Positions 18,095 through 26,171 of a stretch of DNA of 64,000 nucleotides are shown here, piece after piece. Location of the stretch: positions 69,880 through 133,879 of the forward strand of contig MPNQ01000006.1 of assembly GCA_002239105.1 (NCBI GenBank), read 5' to 3'. Each line of letters opens with the position of its first letter. The stretch's first letter is position 1. Both the position numbers and the translations under genes were made by a program. The notes under the pieces were generated by a model, which did not search any database, was not told the DNA's origin, and worked only from the letters and a program-made list of their open reading frames with translations. This DNA comes from a marine group bacterium Sva0996 bin134. Its GTDB lineage: Bacteria > Actinomycetota > Acidimicrobiia > Acidimicrobiales > Bin134.

Positions 18095-19876
18095 TTGATA
18101 AAGTTCCCAACCGTGAGTGAAGACGTCGAAGCAGGATCAATCGGAGCCACAGCAGGCGAGTCCGATGTTTTGGACCCGAACTGGGTCGGAGACCAGGTGC
18201 TCGACTCGCTCGATCCGGTTTATTTCGCCCGGACCTTGGTCAACGCGGGCATGAAAGCCGCGGCCAACCCGGTAGGGGTGGGCACCGCATTGTTGAAGGC
18301 AGCCGCCGGAGCGATGAAGGTGGGAGCAGCCACCATGGCCAAGGCAACCAAGACAGCCGACCCCGATGTTCCCGCTCCCGTTCAGCCCCAGCCCAAGGAC
18401 CACCGCTGGAGCTCGGAGGCGTGGGAGGACAATCCCTACTTCTTCGGCCTCCAGCAGACCTACTTGCTAACTAAGAACCTGGCCGACGACCTCATCGATG
18501 CTGCCAACCTGAACGAGGCCGATCACCGCAAGGCCAAGTTCGCCGCTTCCTTCGCTTTCGACGCGCTGGCCCCCACCAACATGCTGCTCACCAACCCCGA
18601 CGCCCTGGCCAAGGCAGCGGCCACCGGCGGGGCCAGCGTGGTGAAAGGCGCAACCAACATGCTCCATGATCTGCGCCACAACGACGGGTGGCCGTCGAAG
18701 GTGGACGACTCGGGGTTCGAGCCGGGGCTGAACATGGCCATGACCCCCGGCAAGGTGGTGTACCGCAGCGACTTGATCGAGCTAATCCAGTACGAGCCCC
18801 AGACCGAGCAGACCTTTGAGACCCCGCTGCTTTTCTGCCCTCCGTGGATCAACAAGTACTACATCATGGACTTGGCTCCGGGGAAGAGCCTGATCGAGTG
18901 GGCGGTGCAGCACGGCCACACCTGCTTCACCATCAGCTATCGCAACCCCGACGGGTCGATGCGCGACACCAGCTTCGAGGACTACCTCCGCCAAGGACCC
19001 CTCGAGGCCCTGCGAGTGGTGCAGGAGATCACCGGGAAGGAGAAGGTAAACACCGTCAACGTGTGCCTGGGGGGCACCCTCACTGCCATCGCCATGGCCT
19101 ACGGCGCGGCCACCGGCGACCAGCCCATCGGCAGCGCCACGTTCTTGAACACCCTGACCGACTTCTCCGATCCCGGGGTGCTGGGAGCATTCACCGATGA
19201 GCCCACCGTGGCCGGCTTGGAGCGCAAGATGGCCGACCAGGGGTACCTGGAGGCCAGCGAAATGGCCCGCACCTTCGACGCCATTAGGGCCAACGACTTG
19301 ATCTTCCAGTACGTGGTGAACAACTGGCTGTTGGGCGAGGATCCACCGGCGTTCGACCTGCTGGCCTGGAACAACGACAGCACCAGGATGCCGGCCCGCA
19401 TGCACAGCAGCTACCTGCGCCGGTGCTATCTCCAGAACCAATTCGCCAACGACGCCTTTGAGATGGACAGCACCATGCTGCACCCCGCCGACGTGAAGCA
19501 GGACAGCTACGTGCTGTCGGCCATCGACGACCACATCGTCCCGTGGACGGCGGCTTACCGCACGGCCACCCTGTTGGGCGGACACAACCGCTTCGTGCTC
19601 AGCACCTCAGGGCACATCGCCGGCATCGTCAACCCGCCTAGCCCGAAAGCCCGCCACTGGACAAACGACCAGATCGCGGAATCGCCTGAGGACTGGCTGG
19701 TGGGCGCCGAACAGCATCAGCAGACGTGGTGGGAAGACTGGGCCAGATGGATCGGCGAGCGGGCCGGCAAGAAGGTCAAGGCTCCCAAGCAACTCGGCAC
19801 CAAGGCCTACGCGCCGATGGAGGACGCCCCGGGCATCTACGTGAAGATGCGCCCCGGCGACACTGACTCGGCCTGA
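18095..19876 (+). CDS. phaC: class I poly(R)-hydroxyalkanoate synthase
   Basis: Lipase-box-like VCLGGT (G-x-C-x-G), LAWNNDSTRMP, DDHIVPW. The start is uncertain (TTG 18095 or GTG 18113). Confidence 0.85.
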   Translation: MIKFPTVSEDVEAGSIGATAGESDVLDPNWVGDQVLDSLDPVYFARTLVNAGMKAAANPVGVGTALLKAAAGAMKVGAATMAKATKTADPDVPAPVQPQPKDHRWSSEAWEDNPYFFGLQQTYLLTKNLADDLIDAANLNEADHRKAKFAASFAFDALAPTNMLLTNPDALAKAAATGGASVVKGATNMLHDLRHNDGWPSKVDDSGFEPGLNMAMTPGKVVYRSDLIELIQYEPQTEQTFETPLLFCPPWINKYYIMDLAPGKSLIEWAVQHGHTCFTISYRNPDGSMRDTSFEDYLRQGPLEALRVVQEITGKEKVNTVNVCLGGTLTAIAMAYGAATGDQPIGSATFLNTLTDFSDPGVLGAFTDEPTVAGLERKMADQGYLEASEMARTFDAIRANDLIFQYVVNNWLLGEDPPAFDLLAWNNDSTRMPARMHSSYLRRCYLQNQFANDAFEMDSTMLHPADVKQDSYVLSAIDDHIVPWTAAYRTATLLGGHNRFVLSTSGHIAGIVNPPSPKARHWTNDQIAESPEDWLVGAEQHQQTWWEDWARWIGERAGKKVKAPKQLGTKAYAPMEDAPGIYVKMRPGDTDSA

Positions 19877-19954
19877 TCAGATTTCTCTAGAAAATTTTCC
19901 GGAAAACCCTTCTTTGAATTGCTGATCAAGCCTTTGCTAAGTAAAGTAAGCAAC

Positions 19955-20266
19955 ATGACCGACGTCAAAGAAATAACTGAAGCCGTGCAAGAACAGGTTC
20001 TGACCGCCCTCAAGATGGGCCAGACCGCCATCGTCGAAGGTGTCCGCACCTTCACCGATACGGTCGGCAGCATCACCCCTGAGAGCCTGAAGATCGATTC
20101 CGTGCCCGGCCTTGACTCCCTGCCCGATCCCAAGGACCTGATGAACGTCAGCTTCGGGTTCGCCCAGGAACTGCTCAACACCCAGAAGGAGTTCGCCCAG
20201 AACTTGCTGGCCGCAGCGTCCGCCAATGACGCGGCCTCGGCCAAGCCAGTAGCCAAGAAGAGCTGA
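19955..20266 (+). CDS. phasin-like / PHA-granule-associated small helical protein (hypothetical)
   Basis: ORF 19919.. trimmed to ATG 19955. 103 aa, Ala/Gln/Glu-rich and helical. It lies directly 3' of phaC and is followed by a strong terminator. The call rests on position and composition only. Confidence 0.4.
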   Translation: MTDVKEITEAVQEQVLTALKMGQTAIVEGVRTFTDTVGSITPESLKIDSVPGLDSLPDPKDLMNVSFGFAQELLNTQKEFAQNLLAAASANDAASAKPVAKKS

Positions 20267-20292
20267 ATCCCCCCTCAGCTCTTTCCTGCAAA

Positions 20293-20328
20293 ACGGGGCC
20301 GGTCGCTGACCGGCCCCGTTTTATTTTT
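20293..20328 (+). terminator. rho-independent terminator
   Basis: Perfect 11-bp stem, ACGGGGCCGGT (20293-20303) with ACCGGCCCCGT (20309-20319), 5-nt loop, followed by TTTTATTTTT. Confidence 0.8.
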
Positions 20329-20395
20329 CTAACTCTTGCGTACTATATTGAACAAGCAAGTAGGGGCCGCCGGTTTCCGGCGGTGGGAGGGAATA

Positions 20396-21304
20396 ATGAG
20401 CACGGAAGCTGGCGCACTGCCGCCACAAGATTTCGAATCGCCAGGAGAGCCGATCAACAAGGTTGGAGTGATCGGCGGCGGGATAATGGGATCGGGCATC
20501 GCTGAGGTGTGCGCCCGGGCCGGCTTGGACACCCTGGTGATCGAGGTGGACGACACCGCAGTCAGCATCGCCCGGAATTCGATCGAGAATTCCTTGAACA
20601 AGGCGGTCTCCCGCGACAAGGTACCGGCGGCAACTCGGGACCTGGCCTTGGACTCGCTCAGGTTCAGCACTGATATGGGAGACCTGGCCGACCGGGATTT
20701 GGCAATCGAGGCGGTCATTGAATCGCTGGAAGAGAAGCTGTCGGTGTTTCGGGCCATGGACAAAGTGATGGCCCCAAACGCCATCCTGGCCACCAACACC
20801 TCTTCCATTCCCATCATCACCCTGGGTTCCATCACCAGTCGGTCGGACATGGTGCTCGGCATGCACTTCTTCAACCCAGCTCCGATACAACCCTTAGTGG
20901 AGCTGGTGCGCTCGCTGGGTACCTCCTTGGACACCATCGACCGGGTCGACCGCTTTGCAGTGGAAGTTCTGGGCAAGCGGGTCATCCGCTGTCGCGACCG
21001 AGCCGGGTTCGTGGTGAACCGGCTACTGGTCCCCTACCTGCTCGATTCCATCCGGATGTACGACGAGGGCAAGGTGAGCGCCGCCGACATCGACAGCGGG
21101 ATGATGTACGGCTGCGGCCACCCCATGGGCCCGCTGACGCTTTGCGACCTAATCGGACTGGACACCATCGAGGCGGTGGCCGAGGTGCTTTACGAGGAGT
21201 TCAAGGGCTCCCACAACGCTCCGCCGCCGCTGCTGCGGCGGATGGTGGCCGCCGGGCATCTGGGGCGCAAGTCCGGCAAGGGATTCTACGAGTACGACAG
21301 CTGA
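20396..21304 (+). CDS. 3-hydroxybutyryl-CoA / 3-hydroxyacyl-CoA dehydrogenase
   Basis: ORF 20336.. trimmed to ATG 20396 (GGGAGGG upstream). VGVIGGGIMGSGIAEV Rossmann motif, GFVVNRLLVPYLLD, MGPLTLCDLIGLD. Confidence 0.85.
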   Translation: MSTEAGALPPQDFESPGEPINKVGVIGGGIMGSGIAEVCARAGLDTLVIEVDDTAVSIARNSIENSLNKAVSRDKVPAATRDLALDSLRFSTDMGDLADRDLAIEAVIESLEEKLSVFRAMDKVMAPNAILATNTSSIPIITLGSITSRSDMVLGMHFFNPAPIQPLVELVRSLGTSLDTIDRVDRFAVEVLGKRVIRCRDRAGFVVNRLLVPYLLDSIRMYDEGKVSAADIDSGMMYGCGHPMGPLTLCDLIGLDTIEAVAEVLYEEFKGSHNAPPPLLRRMVAAGHLGRKSGKGFYEYDS

Positions 21305-21313
21305 GGCCGAACT

Positions 21314-21676
21314 ATGGATCAATCCGCAGTCGAAGCATTTGGGAACTATCTGCGCAGCCAGCGCAAGCTGGCCCAGCTCACCCTGCGGGAGCTTTCCGAT
21401 CTGGCCGAGGTTTCCAACCCATACCTCAGCCAACTGGAGCGAGGCCTTCACCAGCCGTCGGTGAGGGTGATCAAGTCGCTGGCCACAGCATTGAACTTGT
21501 CGGCGGAAACCCTGTTGGCCCAGGCAGCCGGCATCGATGCCGCCAACGGCGAGAACCCCGACGGAGTCTCTGATACTGAAGCCACCATCCGCTCTGATGC
21601 CAACCTTTCCGATGAGCAGAAGGCGGCCCTGCTGGAGGTGTACCGCAGCATGACCAGCGGCGGACAAAACCCATAG
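21314..21676 (+). CDS. XRE-family helix-turn-helix transcriptional regulator
   Basis: HTH LTLRELSDLAEVSNPYLSQLERG. 120 aa. Confidence 0.8.
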   Translation: MDQSAVEAFGNYLRSQRKLAQLTLRELSDLAEVSNPYLSQLERGLHQPSVRVIKSLATALNLSAETLLAQAAGIDAANGENPDGVSDTEATIRSDANLSDEQKAALLEVYRSMTSGGQNP

Positions 21677-21766
21677 ATCACCCTCTTATCCCACTTCAGA
21701 GCAGATTTCCGGAGAATTTCTCCCCTACCCGGCCCAAACTGTCACTCCCGCCGGGATACTGGAAGC

Positions 21767-21937
21767 ATGAAACAACAGCTCATGCTCTTGGAGGCGCCGC
21801 CAGACTGGCGGATCGATGAGCGAACCAAGGAAATCGGGCGTCGAGGCCTGGCTCAGGCCCGAGCGGCCTTGCAGGGCCACTCCCCCGCGACCCCACCCAC
21901 ATCCACCCCCTCCGACGACGTTCCCCGTGCTGCGTGA
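21767..21937 (+). CDS. small conserved-looking hypothetical protein (56 aa), not in ORF track
   Basis: My translation: MKQQLMLLEAPPDWRIDERTKEIGRRGLAQARAALQGHSPATPPTSTPSDDVPRAA. GGAAG lies just upstream of the ATG. Its stop overlaps the GTG start of the nuclease gene (GTGA 21934-21937). Confidence 0.45.
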   Translation: MKQQLMLLEAPPDWRIDERTKEIGRRGLAQARAALQGHSPATPPTSTPSDDVPRAA

Positions 21938-22527
21938 AGCCTTCGGCATCCGCCAATACCCAGGTGCGGACGTCCGGAAAAGCGGTGGGCGCGCTGCTGG
22001 CCTTCGGCCTGCTGGCCGTTGTCAGCTGTTCGTCAGGCTCCGGCGGCTTCACCAACCAAGCCGTCACGCCGAGTGAACCAATCACGGCGCTGACTGGGGC
22101 GCCCGCGACCGTGGTGGAAGTGATCGACGGGGACACGGTAGTGGTGGAGATGGCCGACCGGGACGAGCGGGTGCGTCTAGTTGGCATCGACACTCCCGAG
22201 GCCACTGGCGGCTTCTTGCCGGTCGAGTGCTACGGCGATGAAGCCAGCGTCTTCACCAGATCGCTGCTGCCACCAGGCACCGAAGTGCGCCTTACCCGCG
22301 ACGCTGAGGCCCGCGACCGCTACGACCGTCTGCTCGCCTATCTGCATCGAGCCGGCGACGGCCTGTTCGTCAACCTCGAGATTGCCGCCAACGGGTATGC
22401 CGAGGCACTGATCATCAAACCCAATACCACCCACGCCGATGCCTTCTATGCAGCTGCGGCCACAGCCCGCGACCAGGGACTGGGGCTGTGGGGGGCTTGC
22501 GGCAGCGCCGATGTGGTCCTTGAGTGA
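21934..22527 (+). CDS. thermonuclease (SNase) family lipoprotein
   Basis: Signal peptide plus lipobox (LLAVVSC). SNase motifs VIDGDTVVV, VRLVGIDTPE, DRYDRLLAYL. Confidence 0.8.
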   Translation: MKPSASANTQVRTSGKAVGALLAFGLLAVVSCSSGSGGFTNQAVTPSEPITALTGAPATVVEVIDGDTVVVEMADRDERVRLVGIDTPEATGGFLPVECYGDEASVFTRSLLPPGTEVRLTRDAEARDRYDRLLAYLHRAGDGLFVNLEIAANGYAEALIIKPNTTHADAFYAAAATARDQGLGLWGACGSADVVLE

Positions 22528-22533
22528 CCGCCT

Positions 22534-23400
22534 TTGCCGCCAAAGGACGGTAGTTTGGCTGTACCTGTGAGCGAACTACTGGAACGCTTGGGCGGCGCCC
22601 CCCAAGGTCGAGCCCTCATTATCACCTGCGACAACCTGGGCCAGTCCCATGCAGCCAACGCGGCCATAGCCGAGTGCTTGGACATCGGAGTGGCCACCGC
22701 CGCCAGCCTCATGGTGCCGTGTCCGTGGGCCCGGGACGCAGCCGGGCGTTTCGCCCACACCCCGGTGGGGGTTGACCTCACCCTCAACGCCGAATTCGAC
22801 AACTATCGATGGGGTCCGATCACCCAGGCGCCGTCGCTGCTAGACGGCGACGGTGGCTTCCCCCGCACTCCGGCCGACTCCTGGGAGCACGGCGACCTCG
22901 ACGAGGCCCACCGGGAGTGCCGGGCCCAAGTCGAGCGGGCCAGCCAGTGGGGCAGCGACCTGACCCACCTCAGCCCCCACCTCGACACTCTTTTGATGCG
23001 TCCTGAATTTTTCGACGTGTACTTGGAGCTTGCCGTAGAGATGGCGCTGCCCATACGCCTGGGTGGAAGCGACCAGGAGCGCCGGGCCGGCTTTCCGTTC
23101 CGCCGCCTGGCCGCCGACGCCGGGGTGCTGGCACCCGACCACCTGGTACAGGTCCGCGGCCGCCCTGCTCGGCGGACACTCGAAGAAGCGGTTGAGAACC
23201 TGGCCCCCGGTGTGACCGAGTTGGTGGTATCGCCAGCCATCGACACCCCCGAGCTGCGGGAGTTGGATCCGGGCTGGCTCAGCCGGGTAGAGCAATACCT
23301 GCTGGTCGCCCACGACCCGTCGCTGCGCACCGCCATCGAACGCTCCGGTGCCCGAATGCTGACCTACGCCGACCTCCGAGACGCCCAGCGGGGGAACTGA
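22534..23400 (+). CDS. ChbG/HpnK (YdjC-like) carbohydrate deacetylase family protein
   Basis: N-terminal LIITCDNLGQSHAANAAIAECLDIGVATAASLMV resembles the YdjC DDxG...N..I pattern. Start uncertain (TTG 22534 or GTG 22567). Confidence 0.6.
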   Translation: MPPKDGSLAVPVSELLERLGGAPQGRALIITCDNLGQSHAANAAIAECLDIGVATAASLMVPCPWARDAAGRFAHTPVGVDLTLNAEFDNYRWGPITQAPSLLDGDGGFPRTPADSWEHGDLDEAHRECRAQVERASQWGSDLTHLSPHLDTLLMRPEFFDVYLELAVEMALPIRLGGSDQERRAGFPFRRLAADAGVLAPDHLVQVRGRPARRTLEEAVENLAPGVTELVVSPAIDTPELRELDPGWLSRVEQYLLVAHDPSLRTAIERSGARMLTYADLRDAQRGN

Positions 23401-23417
23401 GAAGAACGAGACATGCC

Positions 23418-23813
23418 CTAAAAGTCCGTGTGCTCGGCCAAAGCCGACCGGAAGACGTCGTACTCGGCTGAGTCCAGCACCGGGCGCAGGCCGTAAACCC
23501 AGCGGGCATAGTCCCCTTCCAGCTTCATCCGGCCCGACATGTAGGCCAGATCAGGGTGCTCCCCACTGGCCACTTCGGCCCGGGCATCGGCGTACTTGTA
23601 GACGATGCTCACGTCGACCTCGGCCAGCTTGCCCGAGGCCATCTCCACCAGACGGCCGTCGCAGATAACCGCGTGATAGCGGATCTTTCCACCGGGTGCC
23701 CCAGTCACCTCGAAGTTGGCTGAGCAGTCCACCCCCGGCCGCTCCGGCCAGCCGGACGCGGCTTCAAGGTTCAACCCGAACCACTCATCGCTTAGGAATG
23801 GGGCCCTTTCCAC
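23418..23813 (-). CDS. SCP2 (sterol-carrier-like) domain protein
   Basis: ORF 23418..24014 trimmed to GTG 23813, 5 nt after the upstream stop. The C-terminal YMSGRMKLEGDYA is typical of the SCP2 fold. Weak call. Confidence 0.55.
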   Translation of the reverse strand: MERAPFLSDEWFGLNLEAASGWPERPGVDCSANFEVTGAPGGKIRYHAVICDGRLVEMASGKLAEVDVSIVYKYADARAEVASGEHPDLAYMSGRMKLEGDYARWVYGLRPVLDSAEYDVFRSALAEHTDF

Positions 23814-23818
23814 GGGCC

Positions 23819-24673
23819 CTATTCGATCCCGGCGAACAGGTCGGTCTCGGGCAACTCGGATTCCACCAGGCTGCGGCCCAGCACGTAGTCCTCCCACGGG
23901 TAGGCATCGGCCATGTGGTGATCGGGCAGGCCGAACCAGAACTTGGAGTCGGGGTCGACCTGCGTACGGTGGGCGAGTAGCGCCTTGGAACGGCGGTCGA
24001 AATACCCGGCGCACTGGATTCGGGTGGTTATGGCGTCATCGTTTGACGGCCGGCTGAACCAGCGCTCGTCATAGGGCGACTCCAGATCCAGCTCTGCGAA
24101 CTTCTCGTGCAGGGCCGTGATCCGATTCCGGGACCAGGTTACGTAGTACATCTTCTGCGGTTGCCACGGCTCGCCTGCTTCGGGAAAGGCATCGGGGTCG
24201 GCGGCGGCTTCAAAGGCGGGTTCGCTGATCTCGGCCACCCTCAGGTGGTCGGGATGCCGATAGCCCTGCTGATCTTCCCCGTAGGTCACCACCACATGGG
24301 GGCGCTCGGTGCGGATGATGGCCACCAAGCGGCCCACGGCCTCTTCCAAGGGGGCTTGGGCAAAGCTGCGGGAATCGGCGTTGGCCTCGCTATCGGGCAT
24401 CCCGGAATCGCGATAGCCCAGCCAATGAACGCTGCTGTAGCCCAGCACGTTGGCCGCCTCAACCAGTTCGTCACGGCGGACCTGGTCCAGATTGTCCCGC
24501 ACTTCTGGGCGATCCATCTCCGGATTCAAGATGTCGCCCTCCTCGCCGCCGGTGCAGCACACCAAAGTGGCCGCCACCCCTTGGTCGGTGTACATGGCCA
24601 CCGTGGCCGACCCCTTGGACGACTCATCGTCGGGATGGGCGTGAATGGTGAGCAGTCGAAGATCGACGGACAT
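23819..24673 (-). CDS. mca: PIG-L/LmbE family deacetylase, mycothiol S-conjugate amidase-like
   Basis: LLTIHAHPDDESSKG (AHPDDE zinc-deacetylase motif) and HPDHLRV. The length and N-terminus resemble Mca/MshB. Confidence 0.75.
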   Translation of the reverse strand: MSVDLRLLTIHAHPDDESSKGSATVAMYTDQGVAATLVCCTGGEEGDILNPEMDRPEVRDNLDQVRRDELVEAANVLGYSSVHWLGYRDSGMPDSEANADSRSFAQAPLEEAVGRLVAIIRTERPHVVVTYGEDQQGYRHPDHLRVAEISEPAFEAAADPDAFPEAGEPWQPQKMYYVTWSRNRITALHEKFAELDLESPYDERWFSRPSNDDAITTRIQCAGYFDRRSKALLAHRTQVDPDSKFWFGLPDHHMADAYPWEDYVLGRSLVESELPETDLFAGIE

Positions 24674-24749
24674 AGCCCGCCTAGGCTAACCCCGCTCAAG
24701 CTGGGCTAGGAACCCGTCCCGAGATGCCTTTCTGCCGGTTCCAAGACCA

Positions 24750-25685
24750 TTGAGCCACCTGGGCAAGGGTTATCCTCCGTGGATGCCAAGCCCAGAATTC
24801 GAAGCTGTGCGGTCCATGCTGGCGGCCGCGCCCAAGCCCGACCCCTCAGAGACCGCCGCGGAGCGCCGTGCCCGGTTGGACGCCAACGCCGCCGCCACGC
24901 CGCTGGCCGACAATGTGGTCAAACAAGACGTCGAGATCCCCGGTGTGCCCGGCGCCGCCTGGCTGCATCCCCAAGCTGCCGACCCGGAAGGACTTCCGGC
25001 GCTGCTGTTCTTCCACGGCGGCGGATACCGGGTGGGATCAATCATCTCGCACCAGGGCTTCGCCTCCCATCTAGCCTCTTTGATCCCGGCCCGGATCCTT
25101 TTGGTCGACTACCGCCTGGCCCCCGAGGATCCATTCCCCGCCGCAGTCGATGACTGCCTGGCGGCTTACCGTTGGATGCTGGACAGCGGGATCGACCCGG
25201 CCCGCATCATGTTCATCGGTGACTCTGCCGGAGGCGGGCTAGTCGGAGCCATCATGCTTGGGGCCCGCAACCAGGGGTGGCCGCTGCCCGGTGCGGGGAT
25301 TTGCCTGTCGCCCTGGGTCGATCTGACCAACTCCTCGGCAAGCCACACCGAGCGCGATGAACTGGATGTGATGTTCGGCCATGACGATGCGGTGACCGCA
25401 GCCAGTTGGTATCTGGACGGGCATGATCCCCGAGATCCGTTGGCCTCCCCGCTCTTCGGCGACTGGGAGGGAATGCCCCCCATGCTGGTCCACGCCGGCG
25501 ACCACGAGGTGCTGCTGGACGACGCCACCGGGTTCGCCGCCGCGCTGGAGGCAGCAGGCGTTGATGTGGATCTCCGCATCTGGCCGGGAATGATCCATGA
25601 CTTTCAGATCATGTACCCCAACTACCCTGAAGCGGTCGAGGGAACAGAGGCCATTGCGGCCTTTGTTCGGCGCGTAGGTCGTTGA
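24750..25685 (+). CDS. alpha/beta hydrolase (hormone-sensitive-lipase-like esterase)
   Basis: LLFFHGGGY oxyanion motif and nucleophile elbow GDSAGG. Alternative ATG start at 24783. Confidence 0.8.
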   Translation: MSHLGKGYPPWMPSPEFEAVRSMLAAAPKPDPSETAAERRARLDANAAATPLADNVVKQDVEIPGVPGAAWLHPQAADPEGLPALLFFHGGGYRVGSIISHQGFASHLASLIPARILLVDYRLAPEDPFPAAVDDCLAAYRWMLDSGIDPARIMFIGDSAGGGLVGAIMLGARNQGWPLPGAGICLSPWVDLTNSSASHTERDELDVMFGHDDAVTAASWYLDGHDPRDPLASPLFGDWEGMPPMLVHAGDHEVLLDDATGFAAALEAAGVDVDLRIWPGMIHDFQIMYPNYPEAVEGTEAIAAFVRRVGR

Positions 25686-25725
25686 AATCGCCGGCTGAGG
25701 CCGGCGGCTGCTCAGTGCAGTCGGC

Positions 25726-26022
25726 TCAGGCCGATTCCCGCTCGGTGCGGTGCCGCCGCAGACCGATGACCGGGGTTGAGGGGGCGAAGCCCGCCTCTGC
25801 CCGTTCGATCTCCGACTCGCCGCCCCAGAAGCCGAGCTCGCGCTGGTCGCGGGCCCAGTTCCGGCACGCCCGAATCACTCCGCAGTCACCGCAGATGCGA
25901 CGGGCTGCGTTCTCCCGCCGCTCACGAGCTGACGGGCGTTCGCCAGCCGGGGGGAAGAACAGTTCGCTCTTCCCCTTGCAGTTCGCATTTTCCATCCACC
26001 AAGGACGAGGCTCCATTGCCAT
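25726..26022 (-). CDS. WhiB-family (Wbl) iron-sulfur transcriptional regulator
   Basis: ORF trimmed to ATG 26022. It has four Cys (NANCKG...RICGDCGVIRAC) and the LGFWGGES turn. Confidence 0.8.
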   Translation of the reverse strand: MAMEPRPWWMENANCKGKSELFFPPAGERPSARERRENAARRICGDCGVIRACRNWARDQRELGFWGGESEIERAEAGFAPSTPVIGLRRHRTERESA

Positions 26023-26171
26023 CTCCACCCATTGCCTCCCGTTCGAGTCCGGGGGCATTCTCCGTTTGGCTATTGCTTCCACAACCGAAACACCAAGCAA
26101 TTGCTTAGATATCCGCTTGCTTTCAATACAAAAAGTTAGACGCTCGAATAGCGCCCGTCACGATATCCTAT

